Counted from the first letter of the stretch, positions 1 to 11,789 are shown. The stretch is 64,000 nucleotides of DNA from Camelus ferus (GCF_009834535.1 NC_045696.1:6822001-6886000); one strand, 5' to 3'. The notes: generated by a model from the letters alone, not told the origin. Numbers and translations: made by a program.

Positions 1-559
1 ACTTGAGGCTGCAAATTAGATCTGTTCTTTGTCTGCCACAAGCAATCAATTTCATGGATCTCAGTGTTAAATTGCAACCTCACTATACTTTCCAGGCTGG
101 GAAGCTTATTTCCCTTGTAGACTCTGGAACTTTTTGACTCTGTATTCCATTTCTTCCACTTTAGTTCAAAAGAAAAAAAAAAAATTTCAGGAAAGAGCTA
201 ACTAAATAAATCACTGAGTTTTGAGAATTCCTACAGCGAAGGAAAGTGAACCCATTGTCTATGGTTACCAAAGCCTCCTATGAGCCTACAACAAGGTGAT
301 TCTTACCACTATCTATTTTCAAGAAAGAGAGAAGCAGACTTCCTTGTGTTGTAATTAGAGGGTTGTATAACATTTACTGAATATTTACTACTCTCTAGAC
401 CTCTTCCCTTTCAGACTAAAGATAAAGCAGTTAATGCCAGAGCCTTGGGTTCCTCCTGTTCTGCAGAGGGGCATCCTGACTTCTGCCCTGCTATTAAATC
501 CCTTTCTGAACAATAACCACTGTGCCCCGTTCCTGAGTCAGGGAACCAGACGTGGGCAG

Positions 560-790
560 GAAGAGTTGCTAGGTACTAACAGACTATGTCCAGCACTACA
601 TCCTCCCGGTCACAGTAATTGATTCAGGGATTGGGCTCACTGACTAGTCAGAGACAATAGGAAGCATATTCAGCATCTTATTAGAGCCTGAAGGGGAATT
701 TGAAATGGGGTTGAAGTCCCAGTGGACTTGAAACGGGGTGGACAGAAATCTGGAGCCACTAGAAAACACATGATCCTGAGTTTGCTTAAT
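560..790 (+). mobile_element. Degenerate MaLR LTR fragment (old MLT1-like)
   Basis: 'cctcccggtcacagtaattgattcaggggattgggc...gactagtcagag' resembles the 'ggccacagtgattggttcagggatgggcatgtgacc' motif of old MLT1 LTRs. Confidence 0.45.
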
Positions 791-814
791 CATAAAAGTG
801 ATAAGTATCATCCA

Positions 815-941
815 TTAATAAGTATCTGACATTTATTAAGCAGTTACTCTATTCCAGACCCTGTGCTCCACTTTTTATATGGATTATGTCATATAGTAGT
901 GACAGGAACTACATGCAGTAGGTAATGTTACCATCACCATT
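815..941 (-). mobile_element. MIR SINE, left part (interrupted by an LTR; resumes at ~1322-1345)
   Basis: 'acatttattaagcagttactctattccagaccctgtgct...gtaggtaatgttaccatcaccatt' and later 'cattttacagataa' match the reverse complement of the MIR core/3' end. Confidence 0.75.
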
Positions 942-1321
942 TGCAGTAAACATGGAGATGTGTCACCAAGATCCCCCTTCAAGAAAGGACTTGGCCTTCC
1001 TGCCATAGGCTGTCAGCAGATAGCTTTTAGCCATCAAATGGAGAGTGCCTAGACCGCACACCTGAGAAGCGATCAGGCAGGGGCTCTTTTGACTCAATGC
1101 AAGAGAACTCTAATGGTCCATTTTAGCTTCAAAGCTCCCTGTGGGATCAGCCAAGGCTGGCATCAGCACTGATCCCCCCTCTGCCCACTCACACTTCCTT
1201 TCTCTCCCTTCCACAGATGTTGATCCCATGGACATAACATCCCTTAGAAATGTCTCTAATAAACATCCAGCACACTTGATTCCATCTCAGAGTCTGCTTC
1301 CCCAAAAACACACCTGCAACA
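942..1321 (+). mobile_element. ERVL solo LTR (LTR16-like)
   Basis: Ends 'aataaacatccagcacacttgattccatctcagagtctgcttccc...cctgcaaca', typical of LTR16; TG...CA ends; near-TSD ccatt/tcatt. Confidence 0.75.
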
Positions 1322-2822
1322 TCATTTTACAGATAAAATAACAAAGCAGGAGACCCCCAGGTAAACCCAGATCTTGGCATGGACACTGGGGCTTAGGTGT
1401 ATGAATCTTGCTTAAGATCACCAAGGCTGATCTGGAATTTGAAATTGAACTCTGTACTGTATCTCTAGGAAGGAAGGCTGATAAGGCTCCTTTGGGAGAG
1501 CTGAGGAAGCCTGAGAATTTTGGACAAAACCTCTATCTCTACTGAAAGCAAACAAAGTCTGGACCATTAACTACTGCCTGGTGTGCAGGGTGAAGATAGG
1601 AGATGACCCAGACAGGCGCAGTTCCACACAGAAGAAGGAACTCCATTTCAGTCTCTCCAACTCACAGTCTCCATTAAAAATGCCAGTAAGAAACAAAGAA
1701 TCTGGACATCCTAGCAAATGGTTAATAATGCAGAAAGAGCATCTTATAAATTCAATTCCTTTGTTTAAGCCTTCAGTGTTTCCGCTGTGCAGATTTCATG
1801 TTAATTAAAATTATTTCCAGGAAGAGGTACAAGAAGACTAATTTATGCAATTGTTTGTAATCATCACCTCCTGTGGCCTTTTGAAATATTATATCTGAAG
1901 TTATTATGATTTTTTAAATTGCATTTTGATGGATTCCTTGGAGGGTACACCATGATTAAAAAGAATAATACCTTCCAAATGATGAACTAATAAAGCATTC
2001 TACAAGAAAGAATTTATCAAATGAGTCTTCAGAATGCACACATTTATCAAGTCAGGGAAAGAAATTAAAATGTATAACTTCAAAATGTTTATAAGCACTT
2101 ATAATCCAATGTTATTAGGAATAGTGAAAAGAATTCCAAAGTAAGGAAAATGGGTAGGGAATGAAAGGTATCCCCCAAAAAAGGGAAAGTAATAACTAAC
2201 TGGAGAACAAAAATGCTATAGATCTGCACTAAAATGCCCACCATGCTATGGAGCCAAAAAAAAATCTGAAACCTCCTTCTTAGCAAAAGTACTGAATTTT
2301 TCCCCTGGAGGTATTTATTAAGAATATATCTCCAAATTTATAATTAAAATCTAAAAAGGAAATACAGCAATTCTTTATAGATAGTCCCCAAATAAGAAAC
2401 ATGGATGAAATCCATCCAGTCCATTGGAAGTAGAGTTGCAGAATAGAGTATTTTTTAAATGTGTCTTTCTTGATACCCTTAAAGAAGTCCTTTTTTAGTT
2501 AAAGTAAGTTCCTTTAAAATTATACATCTATCTCTTAATCCTAAAGATGGTTTTTGTAGGGTTTTTTGTTTGTTTTGTTTTCTTTTGCTGAAGAGAGGTG
2601 GGTAGGGGAAGTGAATTGGAAGAGGAACTTGGTTTCCACAACAGCCTAAATTCTTAAACGTAAAACAAGGAGACAGAAGTAAAGGCAAGACAGACCAGAA
2701 GGAGCCACCCACCCTGGTTCTAATGTCAGCTTGCCCAGAGCAGAGCCAGAGCTACACGTGGACAAGGCAGATAGATTGGGTTTTAAATTGCCACAATCGA
2801 TAATGGAGAAAAACGAGATTAC

Positions 2823-2923
2823 CTGGAACAAATGACACCCAGTCAAGATAATTCAGTTCATCACTTTTGGTAGCTAATAAGCTTCTATTCCCGTTCAATA
2901 CGTGGGGGAGAATCCAGTCCCAT
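2823..2923 (-). other. Candidate 101-nt internal exon of a leftward transcript
   Basis: Minus-strand acceptor 'gattcttttaaacag|A' and donor 'CAG|GTAATC'; no recognisable peptide. Confidence 0.3.
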
Positions 2924-3179
2924 CTGTTTAAAAGAATCAATCAATCCTAGAAGCCACTGACTTTGTCAGCTTTGGAGCCCTAACCTCCCCAGAGACAGAG
3001 ACTGAACATGCTAAAGGATGGAATCCCCACCCCCCAGCCCTTGCCTTCACCTAAGATCATAAAAGAGACATATCAGTGAGATGCCAGACATGCTGAACAC
3101 AGCGTAGCCCGAGAGACGGGGTTCCTGGGAGCTCAGAGGAGCTGCAGTGGGCAGCTCCAAAGCACATCTTGCCTGATTT

Positions 3180-3425
3180 TCTGACGTCACCGAGACTCCT
3201 GGTGACATCCATGCCGATCACTGGGCTCTCTCAGGAATCAATGAATTCAGTTAGGCCAATTGTTCTTGTCTCTGGTGTTAATCAAATCCCATGGCATGCG
3301 TATGTGAACCACGTCACTCAACACCAACTCTTACCCACCATTCAGTAAGAGCCGCAGCCCACATCACCCTGGCTGCTGTTTCCAGTTAGGGCAGTTTTCA
3401 AAGTGTTCAAAGGAGACAGGTAGGT
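3180..3425 (+). promoter_or_regulatory. Candidate CRE/CCAAT promoter or enhancer with downstream splice donor
   Basis: Perfect CRE TGACGTCA 3182-3189, CCAAT 3256-3260, CCACGTCA 3309-3316, donor CAG|GTAGGT at 3419/3420. Confidence 0.4.
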
Positions 3426-4635
3426 TTTATTCTCTCTTGACTTACTTATTGAGTCTGATGTCTTTTAAGAAAGAAATTTGTGAATTCATGGTTTCATTAT
3501 GAAACCAACATAATCAAAATTAGCAGACATATCCTTAGCAGCTTCACAGACTGTACAGAATACTCTTTAGATGACTGCCGTCCATGGCAGTTTTTTTTTT
3601 CAAATGTTCTAGGGCTGTTTCCACCAAAATCCTTCATCTCTCATCCTTACTCCAGGATGCCTCAGAGATTGTTGAGTCCAGTTGTCCTTTGTCAATCTTT
3701 ATCTCTGACAAAATCACTAGACCTGGCAAGCACTATGGAGCATAAAAATCACATATTACATACGCTGATATCTTCATATATGGGATATGTGACTTAGAAG
3801 TAACAGAAAGTGAGATTACACCCCCTTAGGGAAGGTCAAAAAAAATTATGAGTTCACGGGCTGTGGGTGTGGTTGATCTGCACATAACTGACGACACAAA
3901 TTTGAGGCAAACCCCTGTCCTTATCAAAGGCATCCTTAGACAGCAGACAGCATTCTTGAAGGGATGACTTGCTGTGTAATTACAATGCATGAATGTAGAA
4001 CAAAACAATCTTGGAAATAAGAGGTCTTGAACAGAACTTGCTCTTGAATAAGGTCCCCTTCTTGGAGATGGAGACTCTGTATCTTGTGGAAGGAAAGCCA
4101 CTTTACAGAATGGCACAAGGGTAGCCAGCTCCTGAAAGGGCCATTACAGAATTATCCCCCAGTGATATTCATTGCTCTCACAGTTTGGATGTCCACCCTG
4201 TGTCCCTAGGGAAAAGATGGCATAAAAGAGTGAACTGGGCAGGGAAGGAGCAAGTTGTGTGGAATCGCTTTGGAGATGTGGAAATACGGTTTGGGAAGAT
4301 GGTTAGAAAAAGAGGGGAGGCAGAGGGAAACGCTGTGGGGGTGCTCCTTGGAACAATACAAAGCAAGTTTAAAAATCAGAATGAGGAGGAGACAGTTGGG
4401 CAGGGTCTGATAAAGTCAACTTCGAAGGCAATCTGGATTTTGTGTAACATAATCCAGTTCCTTTCTCCATCTCCAGTGCCGAGGAACAGAGACACCGGGG
4501 TTAGGGCCCGGGTGAAGCAGCAGCGGGGACGGGGTCCCAGCTGCCGTGGACGCAATGAAATGGATGGAGCAGCTGGCTGGGTCGAGGTGGGCGAAGCTCT
4601 GGGGAGGGCGCTTCCGCTCCCACCCAGCCCGCTCG

Positions 4636-4654
4636 CTGCGCCCCCTCCCGGCCA
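4636..4654 (-). promoter_or_regulatory. CTCF-like motif
   Basis: Minus strand TGGCCGGGAGGGGGCGCAG vs consensus TGGCCACCAGGGGGCGCTA. Confidence 0.5.
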
Positions 4655-5674
4655 CGTGGACAGTGGGCGCTCAGGCTTCCGCGCCCCAGGCTGACTCTCC
4701 CTTTCAACCCAGAGGGAGACAGTGACAAGAGCCTCTTTCTCCTTCTGTCACAAAACATTAAAGAAGGAATCCCTCCAAACAGCAGTCGAAAACTGATCCC
4801 TGAGTTTCAGCTTTCCTGCATTCCAGGCATTTCCAGGAGAATAACTTACTTAGCGACCTGGGGAAAGGTGGGAACCCGAGGCTAAACCCAAAATCTACCC
4901 CCGGCACCGAGCGCCCCACATTTCGTTTCGTATTGGAGGGGTGGGGCTTGACTTGGCTGTTTCCGCGCCGACTCGAGTTGGGGGCAGGGGGTGTCGGTTC
5001 GGAGGATTGCCCCCTACCTCCCCACCTACCAACTTGGTCCACGCGGCGCGACAATGACGGAGATAATGGGACGCGGGTGGGCGTCTCCAGGACTCCCGCT
5101 CCATCCCTCCGGGTCCCCGCCCACTGCTCCTCCGGAACGTACTGTGTGGCCGCTTCTCTCCAGCGCGCGGCGCTGCGCTCGCTTTTATCCCCGGAGCCGC
5201 GTCGGTTCGTGCGCTGACAGCCGGGCTCAGCCAGTCGGCTGGAACTGAGTAGCATTCTTTGAATCTGCGGCTTTCATGACGTCTCCCTGCGTGGTCCATC
5301 ACTTTTCTCCCAGCCGGGGATTTTTTTTTCCGCCACTCTTGGCTTTTCCCCCTTCCCTCCACCCGGTCTCCCTCCTCCGCCCCTGCCCCAGAACACACCC
5401 CTCCGCCCTTCGGTTGGCCCCCGCGCCCAGCCCTCCTCTCCGCTCTCGGCCAGAGGGACCCCCTTTGAAGACGGCCGCACCTGGCCGGAGAGGCTGGGCT
5501 GGCGGAGGGGTGGGGATGCGAGGGAACCTGGAAGCGAGACCCAGAGCTTGATGCACAGCGAGGAGAATGGAGTCTCCTAATAGCCTCCCGGGGCCGATGT
5601 GAAATTTGACCATCTGATTCCAGTTTTTCTTTCCTTTGCTTTTTTTTTTTTTTCCTTCGCCATCCATCGTGTAG

Positions 5675-5746
5675 TGAATTACTAAATCTTGCTCCATTCC
5701 AAGAGAAGAGATCATGATCGAATGAAGCCACCCAGTCCGCGGCAAG
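5675..5746 (+). other. Candidate 72-nt non-coding/5'UTR exon
   Basis: Long polypyrimidine tract ~5623-5657, acceptor 'gtgtag|' at 5674, donor AAG|GTAAGA at 5746; all three frames contain a stop. Confidence 0.45.
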
Positions 5747-6183
5747 GTAAGAGGTGCTCGGAGTTGCTCGAAGGCGAGAAGCTGGCATCAATCTGGGCAA
5801 GAGGTTCTGTGCCCTCAGGTCCCCACCTCCCCCTCCCCAGGCTCCGCCGCCGCTGCATGCATCTCCACTCTGATGAGAAACTGGATGCCCAAGTCAAGGG
5901 AAAGGCGAGGGAGAAGCCGGTTACATAACAGAAGGGAAATCTGTTTCATACGGTTTTCATTAGCAACTGAAAACTCACAAGGGGAGGTGGCGGGGAGAGG
6001 AGGGGTCTGCATGCTCTGGGCTCAAAGAAACCCAGTCAGTTATTACAGACAGCGTTTCAGCATCCGTTGGCAAAGATGAAATGCACGGATTAACTGACAG
6101 GGGCGGCTTGCAGTGTAGTCATTTACAGTTGGGAAAAGCCCGTTGTCTTTGTGGAAAGCTGTATCCTTGTTCTTCTTTGCATA

Positions 6184-6230
6184 GAGGAGAAAGAGAGAGA
6201 CAGACAGACAGATAGACAGAGAGAGGAACA
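6184..6230. repeat. (GA)n/(GACA)n simple repeat
   Basis: 'gagagagacagacagacagatagacagagagagg'. Confidence 0.85.
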
Positions 6231-7192
6231 TGAGAAGGAAGAACAGAAAAAGTGAGGGGTGGGGAAAAACAAGCCGAGAATGGGAAACAATAACTCCTAA
6301 CTGTTCCTTGTCAATATAACAAGAGATGTGATATGACTATCAACAGTGGATAGGAAGCTCTCCCTAGAGTGAACTGAATTATTTTTTAATTGGAAAAGAA
6401 AAATAAAACAAACAAACAAAATTTTCTGATAAAATGAAGTGTTTACTGCATTTAGGGGGTTGGATCAATCTGCTGGCTTGCTTCCCCCTGGTTATATTTT
6501 CATTTGCATCAAAACATTAAGCTTGGATCAGTTTTTAACAGACATAACAGCAGTATTCCCAAAACCCAATAAAATCTTGGGTCAATCCACAGGTATATCT
6601 CTTGTACCAGGTTCAATATGGAGACACTTTTAGGGAGGAAACACATCTTGATAGAAACAGCCACAGTAATGGGGTGAGATTCGTGGAGAAAAAAAAAAAA
6701 ATACCAGAATTTTCCAAAGAATCCCGCCTCCACTCCCAAAAAAAGGAAGGGGAGGGGGAGAGAAAACTCCAGTGTTTGGGAGTTGGAGATTTATTATATG
6801 TTTAGAATGTCTCCTGCCTGGCTTTATCCAAAGTCTGGTGGCCCCAAGCAACCCCCACAGAACAGGGTGCAATGCCACATTCCCGCTAGCACCGTTCCCT
6901 GCCTATCTTTCTTCTGCTGAAAAACGGAGGAAGGGGATGCTCAGGAGCTGCCTCGAAAGAAGAAGGGGTTTGCTATAGTCAGGGCTGAGCTAACTAAGCT
7001 TCGCCAATTTTGCCTGGAGAAAGAGAGAAAGAGCTCAAGTATCCATGGCGACCCAGGTGGGAGGGGAGAAGGCAGCTCCAGTTAACAAATAAACGTTGGA
7101 CAAAACTTTCCCAGCTACAAGCAAAGAAATAAGGCAGCCGCGTACCCTGCGGAGGGTCTTAGGGCATAGACTTCGCCCAGCTTCCTGCTTGC

Positions 7193-7211
7193 GGCCAGCA
7201 AGGGGGCGCCT
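7193..7211 (+). promoter_or_regulatory. CTCF-like motif in a secondary CpG-rich patch (~7130-7420)
   Basis: GGCCAGCAAGGGGGCGCCT with intact AGGGGGCGC core; weaker same-strand copy TGACCAGGGGCCGCTG at 7246-7261. Confidence 0.4.
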
Positions 7212-7594
7212 AGAACTGACCATTCCCCATCAAACCTCCCAAAGTTGACCAGGGGCCGCTGAGATGGTTGGGCAGCGGGTCCCTGATTCAGCACCAAGGC
7301 CAGAGCACCGGCACCCGGGTTCCCACCTCCTCCCGGTCGGCTGCCACAGTGAGCACTGTGAGTTCCCTGGGTCCCGGGAAGCCAGTCACTTTCTATAAAG
7401 GAACGATTCCCTTGCCCGTGCGGAATCTGGTTGTAAGATTATCCATGGAACTGCGTGGGATAGGGAAGCTTGCAAATCATCCATTTCACGCATGGCCGTG
7501 CATCAGAATAGCTATTCAAAATCAAGAACATTGAAACAGCAAAACGATCCGAGCTGAACTGAGAATGGGGAAAATCCCGTTCTCAGGGGAGAAA

Positions 7595-7598
<4 letters not shown>

Positions 7599-7630
<32 letters not shown>

Positions 7631-7650
7631 GCACACGCACACACACACAC
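7599..7650. repeat. (CA)n microsatellite with CACG interruptions
   Basis: Seen directly. Confidence 0.95.
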
Positions 7651-7759
7651 CATGGATCAGTCCCTGATGTGAGTTGTCTACTTTCAACTGAGTCCCTTTG
7701 GCTTCAAAAGCGTTCATTCGTTCCTCACCCTCTGGCTCTCCTCTCTAACTTTTTGTCAG

Positions 7760-7903
7760 GAGTAGATGGCAGAAGGCGCTGTGGGAGCACAGTGGTCAGC
7801 GATATACCAGCCAACCAGCTCCCGTCTAGGTGTCCTGAGACCCGGGAGGGTGGAGAAATATTTCACTCTTAGTGCAGACCTGACAGACTTCTCAGCAGAG
7901 CTG
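7760..7903 (+). other. Candidate 144-nt exon
   Basis: Acceptor 'ctctcctctctaactttttgtcag|G', donor CTG|GTGAGC; ATG at 7766 stays open to the donor. Confidence 0.3.
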
Positions 7904-10900
7904 GTGAGCTCCAGGAAAGGGAAAGGGCATGTTAGTGAGATGAAACCCAGGGACAAACTTCGAGTCAGCATGTGAGCACAGTGACTACATTTCCAAGCTG
8001 GCAGGCACAGGAAGCAGAGGAGGAGTCACTTTTCTTAATAGAAACAAGGAAGAAACTGTGCAAGAGGGGATACTTTTTTATCACTCCAGTTCCATTTCAA
8101 CATTCTTACAGGGAAAACAGGTAAGTCCCTCTCACCATTCTGCCTTCACCTTGGACAAGGATGGTCTCAGCCCTGCTCCCCTCATCTTTGATACCGGGTC
8201 TTCACACACCCCCTCCTGGGGGCCGATACTGATGAGGAAAAATAGTAGAGGAAGGTGGCAGTCACACTTTGAATAGAAAGCTTTTAAACTGGGCATCCAG
8301 GTGTTACAAGGCACAATTTGAACTGCAGAACCCAGTCAAGGTTTGGCAACTGGATGGAAAGGCTGCCATTCTCTTTTTAGGACGCCTTTCTGCCCTTGTG
8401 GTCTTGAGCTAGTTCTGGTTTGCTGTTTATGAAGGTAAACAAGATGTATCCTGGTTTTCCTTGCTGGGCATGTAGAGATGATGAATGTAGAGCAGTAAGG
8501 ACTTGGATAAAGCAGTATGTTTATACTTTCCTGTCTTTTTTTTTTTTTTCCATGATCGCTAGTGAAGGCAGAAGCAATCTATTCTAAATCTGGGCAAAGG
8601 GTGAGATATTACACTATGTTTTACATTTCAGTTCCTGATGGATATTGACAAGTTTATCTATAGTCTAATTTATAAAGTAGTTGCTACCCAAAGTAGACAG
8701 AAGTGATGAATGGAATATTATTAGGACTTAAACAAAGCAGCAATACTCCATCTGATGCTATCAGCAGAAGGGAAGTAGACATTACTTATGAAGATAAAGC
8801 CAGACAAGAATACTGATCATTAGATAAACAAAGTAATGTATTTGTGAGTTCTAAAGTTCAATTTTTCTCATGAATTAAAAAAAAAGATGGGAATATAAGT
8901 AATCTAGGTATAAGAAACTACTCAGTCAGTAATCTTTGGTTCTGGTGGATTCCATGTTCCTGTATTCAGCGCTAATTTACCAAACTATGACTTGCTTTCT
9001 TCCTGGGTGGCTAATTGCTGAGCAAACGGTCATTATGTCCTGATAGCAGTCAAAAGCATACTCTAAAATAATTGGTTTACCCATTTCAAGTAGGATTTGT
9101 TAAGGAGAGCAACTTAATTTTATTCCTGTGCACTTGGAGCCATTTTGTAATTTTTAAAACAATCATTTTCATACCCCACCTTGGTATGTCCTAACCATCA
9201 GTAAACAGTATATTCACTTGTATTACAAACCGGGTCTTTATTTAATACATAGGACTGGCATATGCTGTTTCCTTTGAGTGTATAAAAATGCTTTAATTTA
9301 CTCTCATATTCCTCCCTACCTTCTCACAAATTACCCTTACTTTACAGGATAAAAAGAAAATAAAACATGAGAAAAGGTATTTTAAGCAATAGGGAAAACA
9401 TCATTGGAGATTAAAAATAGGTAAATACAGCCTTGTAGAAGTTTAATGCCATTCGCTGATCTTCACAGGTAGAAAGTGTTACTTTCCTCAAGGGTTGGAT
9501 GTTGCTAAAGTGAATTTTCATGAAGACAAGATAAACCCTCTTTATCAAAATAAGCAGGCGGACAAGATAAAGCTCTTCTCTTTTTCATTAAATCTTCCTT
9601 AATCAAATGATATGTAAGTAATATGTAGATTAATAAGGGAAATGGACCAGGGAGAGCCAGAATAAGGCACAGAAAAAGAGCCAGGGAAAAAGGCAGTTAT
9701 TTATTTTTACCAGATTTAAAGTGATGATGCTTTTCAAAGCAAGGTTTGTTTTTGTTTTTGTTTTAGTTCATTGTATCAGAACTTTGAGGTTGGTGGAATT
9801 GAAATGTTTAAATTCAACAAATTTGGATTTGGCTTACTGAGATGGCATTTATTGTTTCTTTCTTTTATTTTCAATAATTTTCATTTAAGTACCAAAAGAG
9901 AATTGGTTCACTCCGGATATTTAAAAAATTGTTAAATTTACTAATACCAATAGAAGAGAAATTGGTAGTTAAGTTGAAAAATTATCAAGACACTTCTGTT
10001 GAATTAACAGGGTTTTTTTTTCCCCCTTTCACTATACTTAAAGTTTTTAGGGAGGTAGAAAAACAAAATAAAGTCATTTGGGATAAAAATACACTTTAAA
10101 ATGTATTTAAAATAATGAGTCCTAGGAATAATTAGGGTCCCATAGAAATAAGAGGTCATGGTAATTGTAGTCAGTGCTGAATGCTATTCTGACTCTCTTC
10201 TGACAAAGTACTGCAATACACACATACTTGACAACATTTTACTAGCACAAATTAATGAAGTTATTTCCTTCAAATAAAGGACAGTGTCATCTTAAAAAGA
10301 ATATTCTGTATTCCCTCAACTATAGTCTTGATCTAACCATACCTGCTAATCAACTACAGATACTCATTTATTTCTTTATTACTGAACTGAATAGTTATTT
10401 AAACAAAGCCTCAGAGGCTGATTCTGCTCAATGCACAATGTCCAAATGGCCATTCAAATCTCTATTTTTCCCGATGCATTAAGGCTATTAATCAACTTTC
10501 CTACTTACAATGTGTGAAGATAACCCCAAGTTTTAATGAAATGGCTACTTAATTCCTGTTTTTACAGATGAGTTCATGTCAGATTAATCCCAGTGACCCC
10601 TTCAGTCTCGCACTTCACGGTTCCTCTTTATGGCTGTACTTAGGACCAGGGAGCATGCAGTACTGGTGTTCTCTTTTAGTGAGTAGATTTTGACAAATAT
10701 TCACCACCAGTCATCTTCCCAGTCACAGAAATGCGGTTTCCAGTGTGAAAATTTTACAAAATGAGCCAGCAAGTGCATCTATAGGATCCATATTTTTGCC
10801 AACAATGTTGTGTTGGGGAGAGAGACTAAATCTGAACATTTTATATACATTGTGAGAGACAAACCTATAAATTAAGTTTTGATCCTGGTGCTGAGGCAGT

Positions 10901-11109
10901 TTTCCCTTTAAATTTACAGGCATCACCCGTCTCCTACCCAAAATGTTTTTACCCTGAAAAAACAGACTTTTTTAAATGAAGCTTTAAATTTCATTGTTTT
11001 ATCTAATAGGAATGTGTGCAAGTGTGACAGTGTGCCTGGAAAGTGTCATTTGGTGAGTAATAGCACTAGTTCTGGTGTATAATTAATGGCATTTGCATCA
11101 AGTTCTAGG

Positions 11110-11567
11110 TGTATCTGTCAGCTTTGACTACGTTTGGTGCAGTAACAGCAATTCCAATCTCTCAATGGCTTACAAAACACAGATTTACTTCTCCACGAAG
11201 CTACATGCTTTTGCTGGTCAGCTGTGGCTCTGCCCCTCAGTGTCTTCTTCTGGGATCCAGGATGAGACCAATCTGATCTGGGACATTCCATTCCAGTGTC
11301 AGAGGGAAAGGAGAATGCCAATTAAGAGCCAATTAAGCAATGGCTCTTAAAAGTCTTGCTCAGATATGAAACAAGTTATCCACTCATGTTCCACTGGCCA
11401 AAAACCAAGTCCCGGGTCACACCAATGCCAATGGCCAATGAAATGGAGATGTACATTTCTCCCACAACGAGGCACTGCAAGTCGTATAGCAATAGGTGGA
11501 GACGTATAATCAATTTTCTTACAGAGAAGGAAGTGAATAACTGGGGACAATAATATAATCCACGACA
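11110..11567 (-). mobile_element. MaLR solo LTR (old MLT1, MLT1J/K-like)
   Basis: 'tgtatctgtcagc...gcagtaacagcaattccaatctctcaatggcttacaaaacac' and 'ccactcatgttccactggccaaaaaccaagtc' are MLT1 hallmarks in reverse. Confidence 0.75.
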
Positions 11568-11569
11568 CT

Positions 11570-11740
11570 AACTGGGTGACCTCGATCAGCTTCAAGCTTT
11601 TGGTTTGCCTGTCTATAAGGTGAAAATAATAATGATGTCCACTCCAAAGATGTTGCGAGGATTAGTGTGATAATGTAAGGTTCTTAGCACAATGTCCAGC
11701 ACAAAGTAGACACTTTATAAATAGCAGGTGCCGTTATTCA
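11570..11740 (+). mobile_element. MIR SINE
   Basis: 'ctgtctataaggtgaaaataataatg...gttgcgaggattagtgtgataatgtaaggttcttagcacaatgtccagcacaaagtagacac'. Confidence 0.75.
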
Positions 11741-11789
11741 TTTGTTACAATGTGTCGTTGTTTGGTCCTCAGTAAAGCTAAGTGGATTC

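Larger units (their letters stand above)
4480..5860. promoter_or_regulatory. CpG island / probable promoter (possibly bidirectional)
   Basis: ~1.4 kb of high GC with dense CpG (e.g. 'acgcggcgcgac', 'cagcgcgcggcgctgcgctcg') against a CpG-poor background; GC boxes 5375-5382 and 5401-5408, CRE-like TGACGTCT 5277-5284, minus-strand TATA-like GATAAAAG 5182-5189, E-box CCACGTGG 4652-4659. Confidence 0.85.

Noticed and set aside
4895..5800. 301-aa minus-strand ORF (longest in the window) and overlapping ORFs at 4185-5928
   Set aside because: These lie in the CpG island, where stops are rare. They are R/G/P/S-rich and low complexity, the poly-K comes from a poly-T run, ORFs overlap in several frames, and no domain is recognisable.
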